Part shown: positions 34,580-53,928 of the stretch, one piece after another
Numbering within the stretch: position 1 is the first letter of the stretch
Layout of the letters: every line of letters starts with the position of its first letter
Source of the DNA: the human T2T-CHM13v2.0 reference genome, Homo sapiens
Length of the DNA: 64,000 nt
Assembly: GCF_009914755.1 (NCBI RefSeq)
Contig: NC_060948.1
Reading direction: 5' to 3' (one strand)
Translations under genes and position numbers: made by a program
Notes under the pieces: generated by a model
Told to the model about the DNA's origin: nothing
Databases searched by the model: none
The model's input: only the letters and a program-made list of their open reading frames with translations

Positions 34580-36683
34580 AGATCCATATTTTTTAAATGA
34601 AAAAAAATTTCAAAGGTACTCTGCTTGGTACAATAATCAAATGTATAAACTGAGGAATAAAACATAACCATGAAACCTACTTATAACTGCATATGGAAAA
34701 TACAGAGGATAATTTTTTAAATAACATATTTTGAAAGCCTTAACTAGTAATTTGAAGAGCTGGCATTTGAAAGGCCAGTATGAATATACCTTCAAAGCAG
34801 CAACACAGGTTCCCCATGAGAAAAAGCAAACACAGGGAAAGTAAAAACACAAAGGTTCAATCTCTTCTGACCTTTGAAAGACACAGCACAGACAGTGGTC
34901 CTTAGGACGAAGAGCAGGAGACCCCTAATTCCGTCACCATGGCGATAGGGCATAAACATTGCTGGGTGAGGGCACAATCCACATTGTGAGGTCCAACTGC
35001 TGCCAGGAAGACAGGAGTGCTTTTACATAGACCGAAAGGTCATTGAAGGCTCAGAGTTTTGTTTCAAGAACTGAATCCCAAGCCCACACGTTATTAGGCT
35101 GCGCTTCTTAAAACAAGTTATGAGATGGGAAAAAGGGCACCCACAAACATACGTATACATTATGTATATAATAATATACAGTATCATATATATAATATAT
35201 ATAACCTATGTATAATATTGTTTTACATCCTGCATCTTATGTTATATATATTGTATAAAATATAATAATTGATAATATATAAGTTTTATAATTATACAGT
35301 AAGACATATAGTATATATTATAATTTATGACATATGTAATATATGTTATATGTCATATATAGAATATATTATACGGTTAATATACGTATTAAATATAAAT
35401 TATACATTATATATATTATATATAATATATCTGTTATATATAATACCCATTATGCATAATATATATATTATGTCTATGTTATATATAGTATAAAACAACA
35501 TATAATAATATATAATTGTATATATAAAATGCGACATATAATATATATTATAATTTGTAACATATGTAATATATATTATATATTATATATAATATGTTGT
35601 ATGTATAATACCTATATTAAATATATATTATATGACTATGTTATTAATTACATGTCACCTGTGTTATATATTATATATTTTACATAGAATATACCGGTTA
35701 CATACAACATATACTATGTTACCTATAATGTATAATTTATTACATGTAAAATAAAGAATGCAATATATTATGTATAATTTATAATATACCATATGTGGAA
35801 TGTGATATATATAACATATAATATATGATATATCATATACAGTATAGGATATATAACATACAATATATGATTCCTAATATATATGGTATACAATATATAT
35901 TTTATGATATGTATTCTATATGTTTTATATTCTGTTATATATAACTATTTGAAATTATATATAACTGTATAATATTTTATGTAAATATGTAATATAATAT
36001 ATATAACTATATAATATATTATATATAACTATATATTATATTATATATACTTTTATAACATAATTTACATAAAATATCATAATATAATATATATTATATT
36101 ATTTCATATTACATAATACATATTACATATCACCCAATATAACTAACATACATAATATTATAATATAGATTATATTATGTTATATTAAATATCATATATA
36201 TCATGTATCATATATTCTATAATATATATTACACATTATATAATATGTATGTTGTCTATTATGTGATATATATAACTATATATATAATTATATTTTTATA
36301 CATATAACTAGATAAACCTGTAATTCTACATATTTTCATTTATAATATGTAGAATTATATAATCATATATAATTATTTATATTCTATAAAAATTTTATCA
36401 TTATATAAATTATAATATATAAAAATTATAATATGTACTACAAATATATATATTATATATCATATATGCTATAGTACCTTTGTTATATATCATAATACAT
36501 ATAAATGTTTATTATGTTATCTATAATTATATAATTTCATATATAAGTTGTATAATATGTATCATATATTATATATGTTATGTAATATATATAGTATATA
36601 TAAGATGACACAGGATAAATATTATATACTATGACATATAAAATATATGAGGTTATATGTTACATATAAGGCATAGCACATAA

Positions 36684-36998
<315 letters not shown>

Positions 36999-39126
36999 AG
37001 ATCCATATTTTTTAAATGAAAAAAAATTACAAAGGTACTCTGCTTGGTACAATAATCAAATGTATAAACTGAGGAATAAAACATAACCATGAAACCTACT
37101 TATAACTGCATATGGAAAATACAGAGGATAATTTTTTAAATAACATATTTTGAAAGCCTTAACTAGTAATTTGAAGAGCTGGCATTTGAAAGGCCAGTAT
37201 GAATATACCTTCAAAGCAGCAACACAGGTTCCCCATGAGAAAAAGCAAACACAGGGAAAGTAAAAACACAAAGGTTCAATCTCTTCTGACCTTTGAAAGA
37301 CACAGCACAGACAGTGGTCCTTAGGACGAAGAGCAGGAGACCCCTAATTCCGTCACCATGGCGATAGGGCATAAACATTGCTGGGTGAGGGCACAATCCA
37401 CATTGTGAGGTCCAACTGCTGCCAGGAAGACAGGAGTGCTTTTACATAGACCGAAAGGTCATTGAAGGCTCAGAGTTTTGTTTCAAGAACTGAATCCCAA
37501 GCCCACACGTTATTAGGCTGCGCTTCTTAAAACAAGTTATGAGATGGGAAAAAGGGCACCCACAAACATACGTATACATTATGTATATAATAATATACAG
37601 TATCATATATATAATATATATAACCTATGTATGATATTGTTTTACATCCTGCATCTTATGTTATATATATTGTATAAAATATAATAATTGATAATATATA
37701 AGTTTTATAATTATACAGTAAGACATATAGTATATATTATAATTTATGACATATGTAATATATGTTATATGTCATATATAGAATATATTATACGGTTAAT
37801 ATACGTATTAAATATAAATTATACATTATATATATTATATATAATATATCTGTTATATATAATACCCAATATGCATAATATATATATTATGTCTATGTTA
37901 TATATAGTATAAAACAACATATAATAATATATAATTGTATATATAAAATGCGACATATAATATATATTATAATTTGTAACATATGTAATATATATTATAT
38001 ATTATATATAATATGTTGTATGTATAATACCTATATTAAATATATATTATATGACTATGTTATTAATTACATGTCACATGTGTTATATATTATATATTTT
38101 ACATAGAATATACCGGTTACATACAACATATACTATGTTACCTATAATGTATAATTTATTACATGTAAAATAAAGAATGCAATATATTATGTATAATTTA
38201 TAATATACCATATGTGGAATGTGATATATATAACATATAATATATGATATATCATATACAGTATATGATATATAACATACAATATATGATTCCTAATATA
38301 TATGGTATACAATATATATTTTATGATATGTATTCTATATGTTTTATATTCTGTTATATATAACTATTTGAAATTATATATAACTGTATAATATTTTATG
38401 TAAATATGTAATATAATATATATAACTATATAATATATTATATATAACTATATATTATATTATATATACTTTTATAACATAATTTACATAAAATATCATA
38501 ATATAATATATATTATATTATTTCATATTACATAATACATATTACATATCACCCAATATAACTAACATACATAATATTATAATATAGATTATATTATGTT
38601 ATATTAAATATCATATATATCATGTATCATATATTCTATAATATATATTACACATTTTATAATATGTATGTTGTCTATTATGTGATATATATAACTCTAT
38701 ATATAATTATATTTTTATACATATAACTAGATAAACATGTAATTCTACATATTTTCATTTATAATATGTAGAATTATATAATCATATATAATTATTTATA
38801 TTCTATAAAAAATTTTATCATTATATAAATTATAATATATAAAAATTATAATATGTACTACAAATATATATATTATATATCATATATGCTATAGTACCTT
38901 TGTTATATATCATAATACATATAAATGTTTATTATGTTATCTATAATTATATAATTTCATATATAAGTTGTATAATATGTATCATATATTATATATGTTA
39001 TGTAATATATATAGTATATATAAGATGACACAGGATAAATATTATATACTATGACATATAAAATATATGAGGTTATATGTTACATATAAGGCATAGCACA
39101 TAACATGTAATATATATCATATATAA

Positions 39127-39418
39127 TTTTTTTTTAGACAGAATCTTGTCCTGTTGCACAGGGTGGGGTACAATGGCGCCATCTTTGCTCACTGCAACTT
39201 CTGCCTCACGGTTCCAAGCGATTGTCCTCCCTCAGCCTCCCAGGTAGCTGGGACTACACCACACTGGGACTACACCAGCTGCCACCATGCCTAGCTAATT
39301 TTTTGGATTTTTAGTAGTGACAGCGTTTCACTGTATTGGCCAGGATGGTCTTGATCTCTTCACCTTGTGATCCCCTTGCCTTGGCCTCCAAATTTGCTGG
39401 GATTACAGGCCTGAGCCA
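39127..39418 (-). mobile_element. Alu in DYZ2 unit 17 (A)
   Basis: Copy of 420-711. Confidence 0.92.
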
Positions 39419-41539
39419 AGATCCATATTTTTTAAATGAAACAAAATTTCAAAGGTACTCTGCTTGGTACAATAATCAAATGTATAAACTGAGGAATAAA
39501 ACATAACCATGAAACCTACTTATAACTGCATATGGAAAATACAGAGGATAATTTTTTAAATAACATATTTTGAAAGCCTTAACTAGTAATTTGAAGAGCT
39601 GGCATTTGAAAGGCCAGTATGAATATACCTTCAAAGCAGCAACACAGGTTCCCCATGAGAAAAAGCAAACACAGGGAAAATAAAAACACAAAGGTTCAAT
39701 CTCTTCTGACCTTTGAAAGACACAGCACAGACAGTGGTCCTTAGGACGAAGAGCAGGAGACCCCTAATTCCGTCACCATGGCGATAGGGCATAAACATTG
39801 CTGGGTGAGGGCACAATCCACATTGTGAGGTCCAACTGCTGCCAGGAAGACAGGAGTGCTTTTACATAGACCGAAAGGTCATTGAAGGCTCAGAGTTTTG
39901 TTTCAAGAACTGAATCCCAAGCCCACACGTTATTAGGCTGCGCTTCTTAAAACAAGTTATGAGATGGGAAAAAGGGCACCCACAAACATACGTATACATT
40001 ATGTATATAATAATATACAGTATCATATATATAATATATATAACCTATGTATAATATTGTTTTACATCCTGCATCTTATGTTATATATATTGTATAAAAT
40101 ATAATAATTGATAATATATAAGTTTTATAATTATACAATATGACATATAGTATATATTATAATTTATGACATATATAATATATGTTATATGTCATATATA
40201 GAATATATTATACAGTTAATATACGTATTAAATATAAATTATACATTATATATATTATATATAATATATCTGTTATATATAATACCCATTATGCATAATA
40301 TATATATTATGTCTATGTTATATATAGTATAAAACAACATATAATAATATATAATTGTATATATAAAATGCGACATATAATATATATTATATTTTATAAC
40401 ATATGAAATATATATTATATATTATATATAATACGTTGTATGTATAATACCTATATTAAATATATATTATATGACTATGTTATTAATTACATGTCACATG
40501 TGTTATATATTATATATTTTACATAGAATATACCAGTTACATACAATATATACTATGTTACCTATAATGTATTATTTATTACATGTAAAATAAAGAATGC
40601 AATATATTATGTATAATTTATAATATACCATATGTGGAATGTCATATATATAACATATAATATATGATATATGATAAACAGTATATGATATATAACATAC
40701 AATATATGATTCCTAATACATATGGTATACAATATATATTTTATGATATGTATTCTATATGTTTTATATTCTGTTATATATAACTATTTGAAATTATATA
40801 TAACTGTATATTTTATGTAAATATGTAATATAATATATAACTATATAATATATTATATATAACTATATATTATGTTATATATACTTTTATAACATAATTT
40901 ACATAAAATATCATAATATAATATATATTATATTATTTCATATTACATAATATATATTACATATCACCCAATATAACTAACATACATAATATTATAATAT
41001 AGATTATATTATGTTATATTAAATATCATATATATCATGTATCATATATTCTATAATATATATTACACATTATATAATATGTATGTTGTCTATTATGTGA
41101 TATATATAACTCTATATATAATTATATTTTTATACATATAACTAGATAAACATGTAATTCTACATATTTTCATTTATAATATGTAGAATTATATAATCAT
41201 ATATAATTATTTATATTCTATAAAAAATTTTATCATTATATAAATTATAATATATAAAAATTATAATATGTACTACAAATATATATTATATATCATATAT
41301 GATATAGTACCTTTGTTATATATCATAATACATATAAATGTGTATTATGTTATCTATAATTATATAATTTCATATATAAGATATATAATATGTATCATAT
41401 ATTATATATGTTATGTAATATATGTAGTATATATAAGATGACACAGGATAAATATTATATACTATGACATATAAAATATATCAGGTTATATGTTACATAT
41501 AAGGCGTAGCACATAACATGTAATATATATCATATATAA

Positions 41540-41831
41540 TTTTTTTTTAGACAGAATCTTGTCCTGTTGCACAGGGTGGGGTACAATGGCGCCATCTTTG
41601 CTCACTGCAACTTCTGCCTCACAGGTCCAAGCGATTGTCCTCCCTCAGCCTCCCAGGTAGCTGGGACTACACCACACTGGGACTACACCAGCTGCCACCA
41701 TGCCTAGCTAATTATTTGGATTATTAGTAGTGACAGCGTTTCACTGTATTGGCCAGGATGGTCTTGATCTCTTCACCTTGTGATCCCCTTGCCTTGGCCT
41801 CCAAATTTGCTGGGATTACAGGCCTGAGCCA
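41540..41831 (-). mobile_element. Alu in DYZ2 unit 18 (A)
   Basis: Copy of 420-711. Confidence 0.92.
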
Positions 41832-43936
41832 AGATCCATATTTTTTAAATGAAAAAAAATTTCAAAGGTACTCTGCTTGGTACAATAATCAAATGTATAA
41901 ACTGAGGAATAAAACATAACCATGAAACCTACTTATAACTGCATATGGAAAATACAGAGGATAATTTTTTAAATAACATATTTTGAAAGCCTTAACTAGT
42001 AATTTGAAGAGCTGGCATTTGAAAGTCCAGTATGAATATACCTTCAAAGCAGCAACACGGGTTCCCCATGAGAAAAAGCAAACACAGGGAAAATAAAAAC
42101 ACAAAGGTTCAATCTCTTCTGACCTTTGAAAGACACAGCACAGACAGTGGTCCTTAGGACGAAGAGCAGGAGACCCCTAATTCCGTCACCATGGCGATAG
42201 GGCATAAACATTGCTGGGTGAGGGCACAATCCACATTGTGAGGTCCAACTGCTGCCAGGAAGACAGGAGTGCTTTTACATAGACCGAAAGGTCATTGAAA
42301 GCTCAGAGTTTTGTTTCAAGAACTGAATCCCAAGCCCACACGTTATTAGGCTGCGCTTCTTAAAACAAGTTATGAGATGGGAAAAAGGGCACCCACAAAC
42401 ATACGTATACATTATCTATATAATAATATACAGTATCATATATATAATATATATAACCTATGTATAATATTGTTTTACATCCTGCATCTTATGTTATATA
42501 TATTGTATAAAATATAATAATTGATAATATATAAGTTTTATAATTATACAATATGACATATAGTATATATTATAATTTATGACATATATAATATATGTTA
42601 TATGTCATATATAGAATATATTATACGGTTAATATACGTATTAAATATAAATTATACATTATATATATTATATATAATATGTCTGTTATATATAATACCC
42701 ATTATGCATAATATATATATTATGTCTATGTTATATATAGTATAAAACAACATATAATAATATATAATTGTATATATAAAATGCGACATATAATATATAT
42801 TATATTTTATAACATATGTAATATATATTATATATTATATATAATACGTTGTATGTATAATACCTATATTAAATATATATTATATGACTATGTTATTAAT
42901 TACATGTCACATGTGTTATATATTATATATTTTACATAGAATATACCGGTTTCATACAATATATACTATGTTACCTATAATGTATAATTTATTACATGTA
43001 AAATAAAGAATGCAATATATTATGTATAATTTATAATATACCATATGTGGAATGTCATATATATAACATATAATATATGATATATGATAAACAGTATATG
43101 ATATATAACATACAATATATGATTCCTAATACATATGGTATACAATATATATTTTATGATATGTATTCTATATGTTTTATATTCTGTTATATATAACTAT
43201 TTGAAATTATATATAACTGTATAATATTTTATGTAAATATGTAATATAATATATATAACTATATAATATATTATATATAACTATATATTATGTTATATAT
43301 ACTTTTATAACATAATTTACATAAAATATCATAATATAATATATATTATATTATTTCATATTACATAATATATATTACATATCACCCAATATAACTAACA
43401 TACATAATATTATAATATAGATTATATTGTGTTATATTAAATATCATATATATCATGTATCATATATTCTATAATATATATTACACATTATATAATATGT
43501 ATGTTGTCTATTATGTGATATATATAACTCTATATATAATTATATTTTTATACATATAACTAGATAAACATGTAATTCTACATATTTTCATTTATAATAT
43601 GTAGAATTATATAATCATATATAATTATTTATATTCTATAAAAAATATTATCATTCTATAAATTATAATATATAAAAATTATAATATGTACTACAAATAT
43701 ATATATTATATATCATATATGATATAGTACCTTTGTTATATATCATAATACATATAAATGTGTATTATGTTATCTATAATTATATAATTTCATATATAAG
43801 ATGTATAATATGTATCATATATTATATATGTTATGTAATATATATAGTGTATATAAGATGACACAGGATAAATATTATATACTATGACATATAAAATATA
43901 TGAGGTTATATGTTACATATAAGGCATAGCACATAA

Positions 43937-44251
<315 letters not shown>

Positions 44252-46356
44252 AGATCCATATTTTTTAAATGAAAAAAAATTTCAAAGGTACTCTGCTTGG
44301 TACAATAATCAAATGTATAAACTGAGGAATAAAACATAACCATGAAACCTACTTATAACTGCATATGGAAAATACAGAGGATAATTTTTTAAATAACATA
44401 TTTTGAAAGCCTTAACTAGTAATTTGAAGAGTTGGCATTTGAAAGGCCAGTATGAATATACCTTCAAAGCAGCAACACAGGTTCCCCATGAGAAAAAGCA
44501 AACACAGGGAAAATAAAAACACAAAGGTTCAATCTCTTCTGACCTTTGAAAGACACAGCACAGACAGTGGTCCTTAGGACGAAGAGCAGGAGACCCCTAA
44601 TTCCGTCACCATGGCGATAGGGCATAAACATTGCTGGGTGAGGGCACAATCCACATTGTGAGGTCCAACTGCTGCCAGGAAGACAGGAGTGCTTTTACAT
44701 AGACCGAAAGGTCATTGAAGGCTCAGAGTTTTGTTTCAAGAACTGAATCCCAAGCCCACACGTTATTAGGCTGCGCTTCTTAAAACAAGTTATGAGATGG
44801 GAAAAAGGGCACCCACAAACATACGTATACATTATGTATATAATAATATACAGTGTCATATATATAATATATATAACCTATGTATAATATTGTTTTACAT
44901 CCTGCATCTTATGTTATATATATTGTATAAAATATAATAATTGATAATATATAAGTTTTATATTTATACAATATGACATATAGTATATATTATAATTTAT
45001 GACATATATAATATATGTTATATGTCATATATAGAATATATTATACGGTTAATATACGTATTAAATATAAATTATACATTATATATATTATATATAATAT
45101 ATCTGTTATATATAATACCCATTATGCATAATATATATATTATGTCTATGTTATATATAGTATAAAACAACATATAATAATATATAATTGTATATATAAA
45201 ATGCGACATATAATATATATTATATTTTATAACATATGTAATATATATTATATATTATATATAATACGTTGTATGTATAATACCTATATTAAATATATAT
45301 TATATGACTATGTTATAAATTACATGTCACATGTGTTATATATTATATATTTTACATAGAATATACCGGTTACATACAATATATACTATGTTACCTATAA
45401 TGTATAATTTATTACATGTAAAATAAAGAATGCAATATATTATGTATAATTTATAATATACCATATGTGGAATGTGATATATATAACATATAATATATGA
45501 TATATGATATACAGTATATGATATATAACATACAATATATGATTCCTAATATATATGGTATACAATATATATTTTATGATATGTATTCTATATGTTTTAT
45601 ATTCTGTTATATATAACTATTTGAAATTATATATAACTGTATAATATTTTATGTAAATATGTAATATAATATATATAACTATATAATATATTATATATAA
45701 CTATATATTATGTTATATATACTTTTATAACATAATTTACATAAAATATCATAATATAATATATATTATATTATTTCATATTACATAATATATATTACAT
45801 ATCACCCAATATAACTAACATACATAATATTATAATATAGATTATATTGTGTTATATTAAATATCATATATATCATGTATCATATATTCTATAATATATA
45901 TTACACATTATATAATATGTATGTTGTCTATTATGTGATATATATAACTCTATATATAATTATATTTTTATACATATAACTAGATAAACATGTAATTCTA
46001 CATATTTTCATTTATAATATGTAGAATTATATAATCATATATAATTATTTATATTCTATAAAAAATTTTATCATTATATAAATTATAATATATAAAAATT
46101 ATAATATGTACTACAAATATATATATTATATATCATATATGATATAGTACCTTTGTTATATATCATAATACATATAAATGTGTATTATGTTATCTATAAT
46201 TATATAATTTCATATATAAGATGTATAATATGTATCATATATTATATATGTTATGTAATATATATAGTATATATAAGATGACACAGGATAAATATTATAT
46301 ACTATGACATATAAAATATATGAGGTTATATGTTACATATAAGGCATAGCACATAA

Positions 46357-46671
<315 letters not shown>

Positions 46672-48799
46672 AGATCCATATTTTTTAAATGAAAAAAAAT
46701 TTCAAAGGTACTCTGCTTGGTACAATAATCAAATGTATAAACTGAGGAATAAAACATAACCATGAAACCTACTTATAACTGCATATGGAAAATACAGAGG
46801 ATAATTTTTTAAATAACATATTTTGAAAGCCTTAACTAGTAATTTGAAGAGTTGGCATTTGAAAGGCCAGTATGAATATACCTTCAAAGCAGCAACACAG
46901 GTTCCCCATGAGAAAAAGCAAACACAGGGAAAATAAAAACACAAAGGTTCAATCTCTTCTGACCTTTGAAAGACACAGCACAGACAGTGGTCCTTAGGAC
47001 GAAGAGCAGGAGACCCCTAATTCCGTCACCATGGCGATAGGGCATAAACATTGCTGGGTGAGGGCACAATCCACATTGTGAGGTCCAACTGCTGCCAGGA
47101 AGACAGGAGTGCTTTTACATAGACCGAAAGGTCATTGAAGGCTCAGAGTTTTGTTTCAAGAACTGAATCCCAAGCCCACACGTTATTAGGCTGCGCTTCT
47201 TAAAACAAGTTATGAGATGGGAAAAAGGGCACCCACAAACATACGTATACATTATGTATATAATAATATACAGTGTCATATATATAATGTATATAACCTA
47301 TGTATAATATTGTTTTACATCCTGCATCTTATGTCATATATATTGTATAAAATATAATAATTGATAATATATAAGTTTTATATTTATACAATATGACATA
47401 TAGTATATATTATAATTTATGACATATATAATATATGTTATATGTCATATATAGAATATATTATACGGTTAATATACGTATTAAATATAAATTATACATT
47501 ATATATATTATATATAATATATCTGTTATATATAATAACCATTATGCATAATATATATATTATGTCTATGTTATATATAGTATAAAACAACATATAATAA
47601 TATATAATTGTATATATAAAATGCGACATATAATATATATTATATTTTATAACATATGTAATATATATTATATATTATATATAATACGTTGTATGTATAA
47701 TACCTATATTAAATATATATTATATGACTATGTTATTAATTACATGTCACATGTGTTATATATTATATATTTTACATAGAATATACCGGTTACATACAAT
47801 ATATACTATGTTACCTATAATGTATAATTTATTACATGTAAAATAAAGAATGCAATATATTATGTATAATTTATAATATACCATATGTGGAATGTGATAT
47901 ATATAACATATAATATATGATATATGATATACAGTATATGATATATAACATACAGTATATGATTCCTAATATATATGGTATACAATATATATTTTATGAT
48001 ATGTATTCTATATGTTTTATATTCTGTTATATATAACTATTTGAAATTATATATAACTGTATAATATTTTATGTAAATATGTAATATAATATATATAACT
48101 ATATAATATATTATATATAACTATATATTATGTTATATATACTTTTATAACATAATTTACATAAAATATCATAATATAATATATATTATATTATTTCATA
48201 TTACATAATATATATTACATATCACCCAATATAACTAACATACATAATATTATAATATAGATTATATTGTGTTATATTAAATATCATATATATCATGTAT
48301 CATATATTCTATAATATATATTACACATTATATAATATGTATGTTGTCTATTATGTGATATATATAACTCTATATATAATTATATTTCTATACATATAAC
48401 TAGATAAACATGTAATTCTACATATTTTCATTTATAATATGTAGAATTATATAATCATATATAATTATTTATATTCTATAAAAAATTTTATCATTATATA
48501 AATTATAATATATAAAAATTATAATATGTACTACAAATATATATATTATATATCATATATGATATAGTACCTTTGTTATATATCATAATACATATAAATG
48601 TGTATTATGTTATCTATAATTATATAATTTCATATATAAGATGTATAATATGTATCATATATTATATATGTTATGTAATATATATAGTATATATAAGATG
48701 ACACAGGATAAATATTATATACTATGACATATAAAATATATGAGGTTATATGTTACATATAAGGCATAGCACATAACATGTAATATATATCATATATAA

Positions 48800-49091
48800 T
48801 TTTTTTTTAGACAGAATCTTGTCCTGTTGCACAGGGCGGGGTACAATGGCGCCATCTTTGCTCACTGCAACTTCTGCCTCACGGGTCCAAGCGATTGTCC
48901 TCCCTCAGCCTCCCAGGTAGCTGGGACTACACCACACTGGGACTACACCAGCTGCCACCATGCCTAGCTAATTTTTTGGATTTTTAGTAGTGACAGCGTT
49001 TCACTGTATTGGCCAGGATGGTCTTGATCTCTTCACCTTGTGATCCCCTTGCCTTGGCCTCCAAATTTGCTGGGATTACAGGCCTGAGCCA
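48800..49091 (-). mobile_element. Alu in DYZ2 unit 21 (A)
   Basis: Copy of 420-711. Confidence 0.92.
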
Positions 49092-51208
49092 AGATCCATA
49101 TTTTTTAAATGAAAAAAAATTTCAAAGGTACTCTGCTTGGTACAATAATCAAATGTATAAACTGAGGAATAAAACATAACCATGAAACCTACTTATAACT
49201 GCATATGGAAAATACAGAGGATAATTTTTTAAATAACATATTTTGAAAGCCTTAACTAGCAATTTGAAGTGTTGGCATTTGAAAGGCCAGTATGAATATA
49301 CCTTCAAAGCAGCAACACAGGTTCCCCATGAGAAAAAGCAAACACAGGGAATATAAAAACACAAAGGTTCAATCTCTTCTGACCTTTGAAAGACACAGCA
49401 CAGACAGTGGTCCTTAGGACGAAGAGCAGGAGACCCCTAATTCCGTCACCATGGCGATAGGGCATAAACATTGCTGGGTGAGGGCACAATCCACATTGTG
49501 AGGTCCAACTGCTGCCAGGAAGACAGGAGTGCTTTTACATAGACCGAAAGGTCATTGAAGGCTCAGAGTTTTGTTTCAAGAACTGAATCCCAAGCCCACA
49601 CGTTATTAGGCTGCGCTTCTTAAAACAAGTTATGAGATGGGAAAAAGGGCACCCACAAACATACGTATACATTATGTATATAATAATATACAGTGTCATA
49701 TATATAATATATATAACCTATGTATAATATTGTTTTACATCCTGCATCTTATGTTATATATATTTTATAAAATATAATAATTGATAATATATAAGTTTTA
49801 TAATTATACAATATGACATATAGTATATATTATAATTTATGACATATATAATATATGTTATATATCATATATAGAATATATTATACGGTTAATATACGTA
49901 TTAAATATAAATTATACATTATATATATTATATATAATATATCTGTTATATATAATACCCATTATGCATAATATATATATTATGTCTATGTTATATATAG
50001 TATAAAACAACATATAATAATATATAATTGTATATATAAAATGCGACATATAATATATATTATATTTTATAACATATGTAATATATACTACATATTATAT
50101 ATAATACGTTGTATGTATAATACCTATATTAAATATATATTATATGACTATGTTATTAATTACATGTCACATGTGTTATATATTATATATTTTACATAGA
50201 ATATACCGGTTACATACAATATATACTATGTTACCTATAATGTATAATTTATTACATGTTAAATAAAGAATGCAATATATTATGTATAATTTATTATATA
50301 TAATATGTGGAATGTGATATATATAACATATAATATATGATATATGATATACAGTATATGATATATAACATACAATATATGATTCCTAATATATATGATA
50401 TACAATATATATTTTATGATATGTATTCTATATGTTTTATATTCTGTTATATATAACTATTTGAAATTATATATAACTGTATAATATTTTATGTAAATAT
50501 GTAATATAATATATATAACTATATAATATATTATATATAACTATATATTATGTTATATATACTTTTATAACATAATTTACATAAAATATCATAATATAAT
50601 ATATATTATATTATTTCATATTACATAATATTTATTACATATCACCCAATATAACTAACATACATAATATTATAATATAGATTATATTCTGTTATATTAA
50701 ATATCATATATATCATGTATCATATATTCTATAAAATATATTACACATTATATAATATGTATGTTGTCTATTATGTGATATATATAACTATATATATAAT
50801 TATATTTTTATACATATAACTAGATAAACATGTAATTCTACATATTTTCATTTATAATATGTAGAATTATATAATCATATATAATTATTTATATTCTATA
50901 AAAAATTTTATCATTCTATAAATTATAATATATAAAAATTATAATATGTATTACAAATATATATATTATATATCATATATGATATAGTACCTTTGTTATA
51001 TATCATAATACATATAAATGTGTATTATGTTATCTATAATTATATAATTTCATATATAAGATGTATAATATGTATCATATATTATATATGTTATGTAATA
51101 TATATAGTATATATAAGATGACACAGGATAAATATTATATACTATGACATATAAAATATATGAGGTTATATGTTACATATAAGGCATAGCACATAACATG
51201 TAATATAG

Positions 51209-51511
<303 letters not shown>

Positions 51512-53607
51512 AGATCCATATTTTTTAAATGAAAAAAAATTTCAAAGGTACTCTGCTTGGTACAATAATCAAATGTATAAACTGAGGAATAAAACATAAC
51601 CATGAAACCTACTTATAACTGCATATGGAAAATACAGAGGATAATTTTTTAAATAACATATTTTGAAAGCCTTAACTAGTAATTTGAAGAGTTGGCATTT
51701 GAAAGGCCAGTATGAATATACCTTCAAAGCAGCAACACAGGTTCCCCATGAGAAACAGCAAACTCAGGGAAAATAAAACCACAAAGGTTCAAGCTCTTCT
51801 GACCTTTGAAAGACACAGCACAGACAGTGGTCCTTAGGACGAAGAGCAGGAGACCCCTAATTCCGTCACCATGGCGATAGGGCATAAACATTGCTGGGTG
51901 AGGGCACAATCCACATTGTGAGGTCCAACTGCTGCCAGGAAGACAGGAGTGCTTTTACATAGACCGAAAGGTCATTGAAGGCTCAGAGTTTTGTTTCAAG
52001 AACTGAATCCCAAGCCCACACGTTATTAGGCTGCGCTTCTTAAAACAAGTTATGAGATGGGAAAAAGGGCACCCACAAACATACGTATACATTATGTATA
52101 TAATAATATACAGTATCATATATATAATATATATAACCTATGTATAATATTGTTTTACATCCTGCATCTTATATTATATATATTGTCTAAAATATAATAA
52201 TTGATAATATATAAGTTTTATATTTATACAATATGACATATAGTATATATTATAATTTATGACATATATAATATATGTTATATATCATATATAGAATATA
52301 TTATACGGTTAATATACGTATTAAATATAAATTATACATTATATATATTATATATAATATATCTGTTATATATAATACCCATTATGCATAATATGTATAT
52401 TATGTCTATGTTATATATAGTATAAAACAACATATAATAATACATAATTGTATATATAAAATGCGACATATAATATATATTATATTTTATGACATATGTA
52501 ATATATATTATATATTATATATAATACGTTGTATGTATAATACCTATATTAAATATATATTATATGACTATGTTATTAATTACATGTCACATGTGTTATA
52601 TATTATATATTTTACATAGAATATACCGGTTACATACAATATATACTATGTTACCTATAATGTATAATTGATTACATGTAAAATAAAGAATGCAATATAT
52701 TATGTATAATTTATAATATACAATATGTGGAATGTGATATATATAACATAGAATATATGATACATGATATACAGTATATGATATATAACATACAATATAT
52801 GATACCTAGTATATATGGTATACAATATATATTTTATGATATGTATTCTATATGTTTTATATTCTGTTATATATAACTATTTGAAATTATATATAACTGT
52901 ATAATATTTTATGTAAATATGTAATATAATATATATAACTATATAATATATTATATATAACTATATATTATGTTATATACACTTTTATATCATAATTTAC
53001 ATAAAATGTCATAATATAATATATATTATATTATTTCATATTACATAATATATATTACATATCACCCAATATAAGTAACATACATAATATTATAATATAG
53101 ATTATATTATGTTATGTTAAATATCATATATATCATGTATCATATATTCTGTAGTATATATTATACATTATATAATATGTATGTTGTCTATTATGTGATA
53201 TATATAACTATATATTATTATATTATTATAGATATAACTAGATAAACATGTAATTCTACATATTTTCATTTATAATATATAGAATTCTATAATCATATAT
53301 AATTATTTATATTCTATAAAAAATTATATCATTATATAAATTTTAATATAAAAAAATTATAATATGTACTACAAATATATATATTATATATCATATATGA
53401 TATAGTACCTTTGTTATATATCATAATACATATAAATGTGTATTATGTTATCTATAATTATATAATTTCATATATAAGATGTATAATATGTATTATATAT
53501 TGTATATGTTATGTAATATATATAGTATATATAAGCTGACACAGGATAAATATTATATACTATGACATATAAAATATATGAGGTTATATGTTACATATAA
53601 GGCATAG

Positions 53608-53928
<321 letters not shown>

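Noticed and set aside
35269-35493. 74-aa I/Y-rich + strand ORF (also 37688-37912) and the 63-70 aa ORFs at 22933, 56789, 56874
   Set aside because: These are translations of TA-rich simple sequence, opened by chance point variants in individual units.
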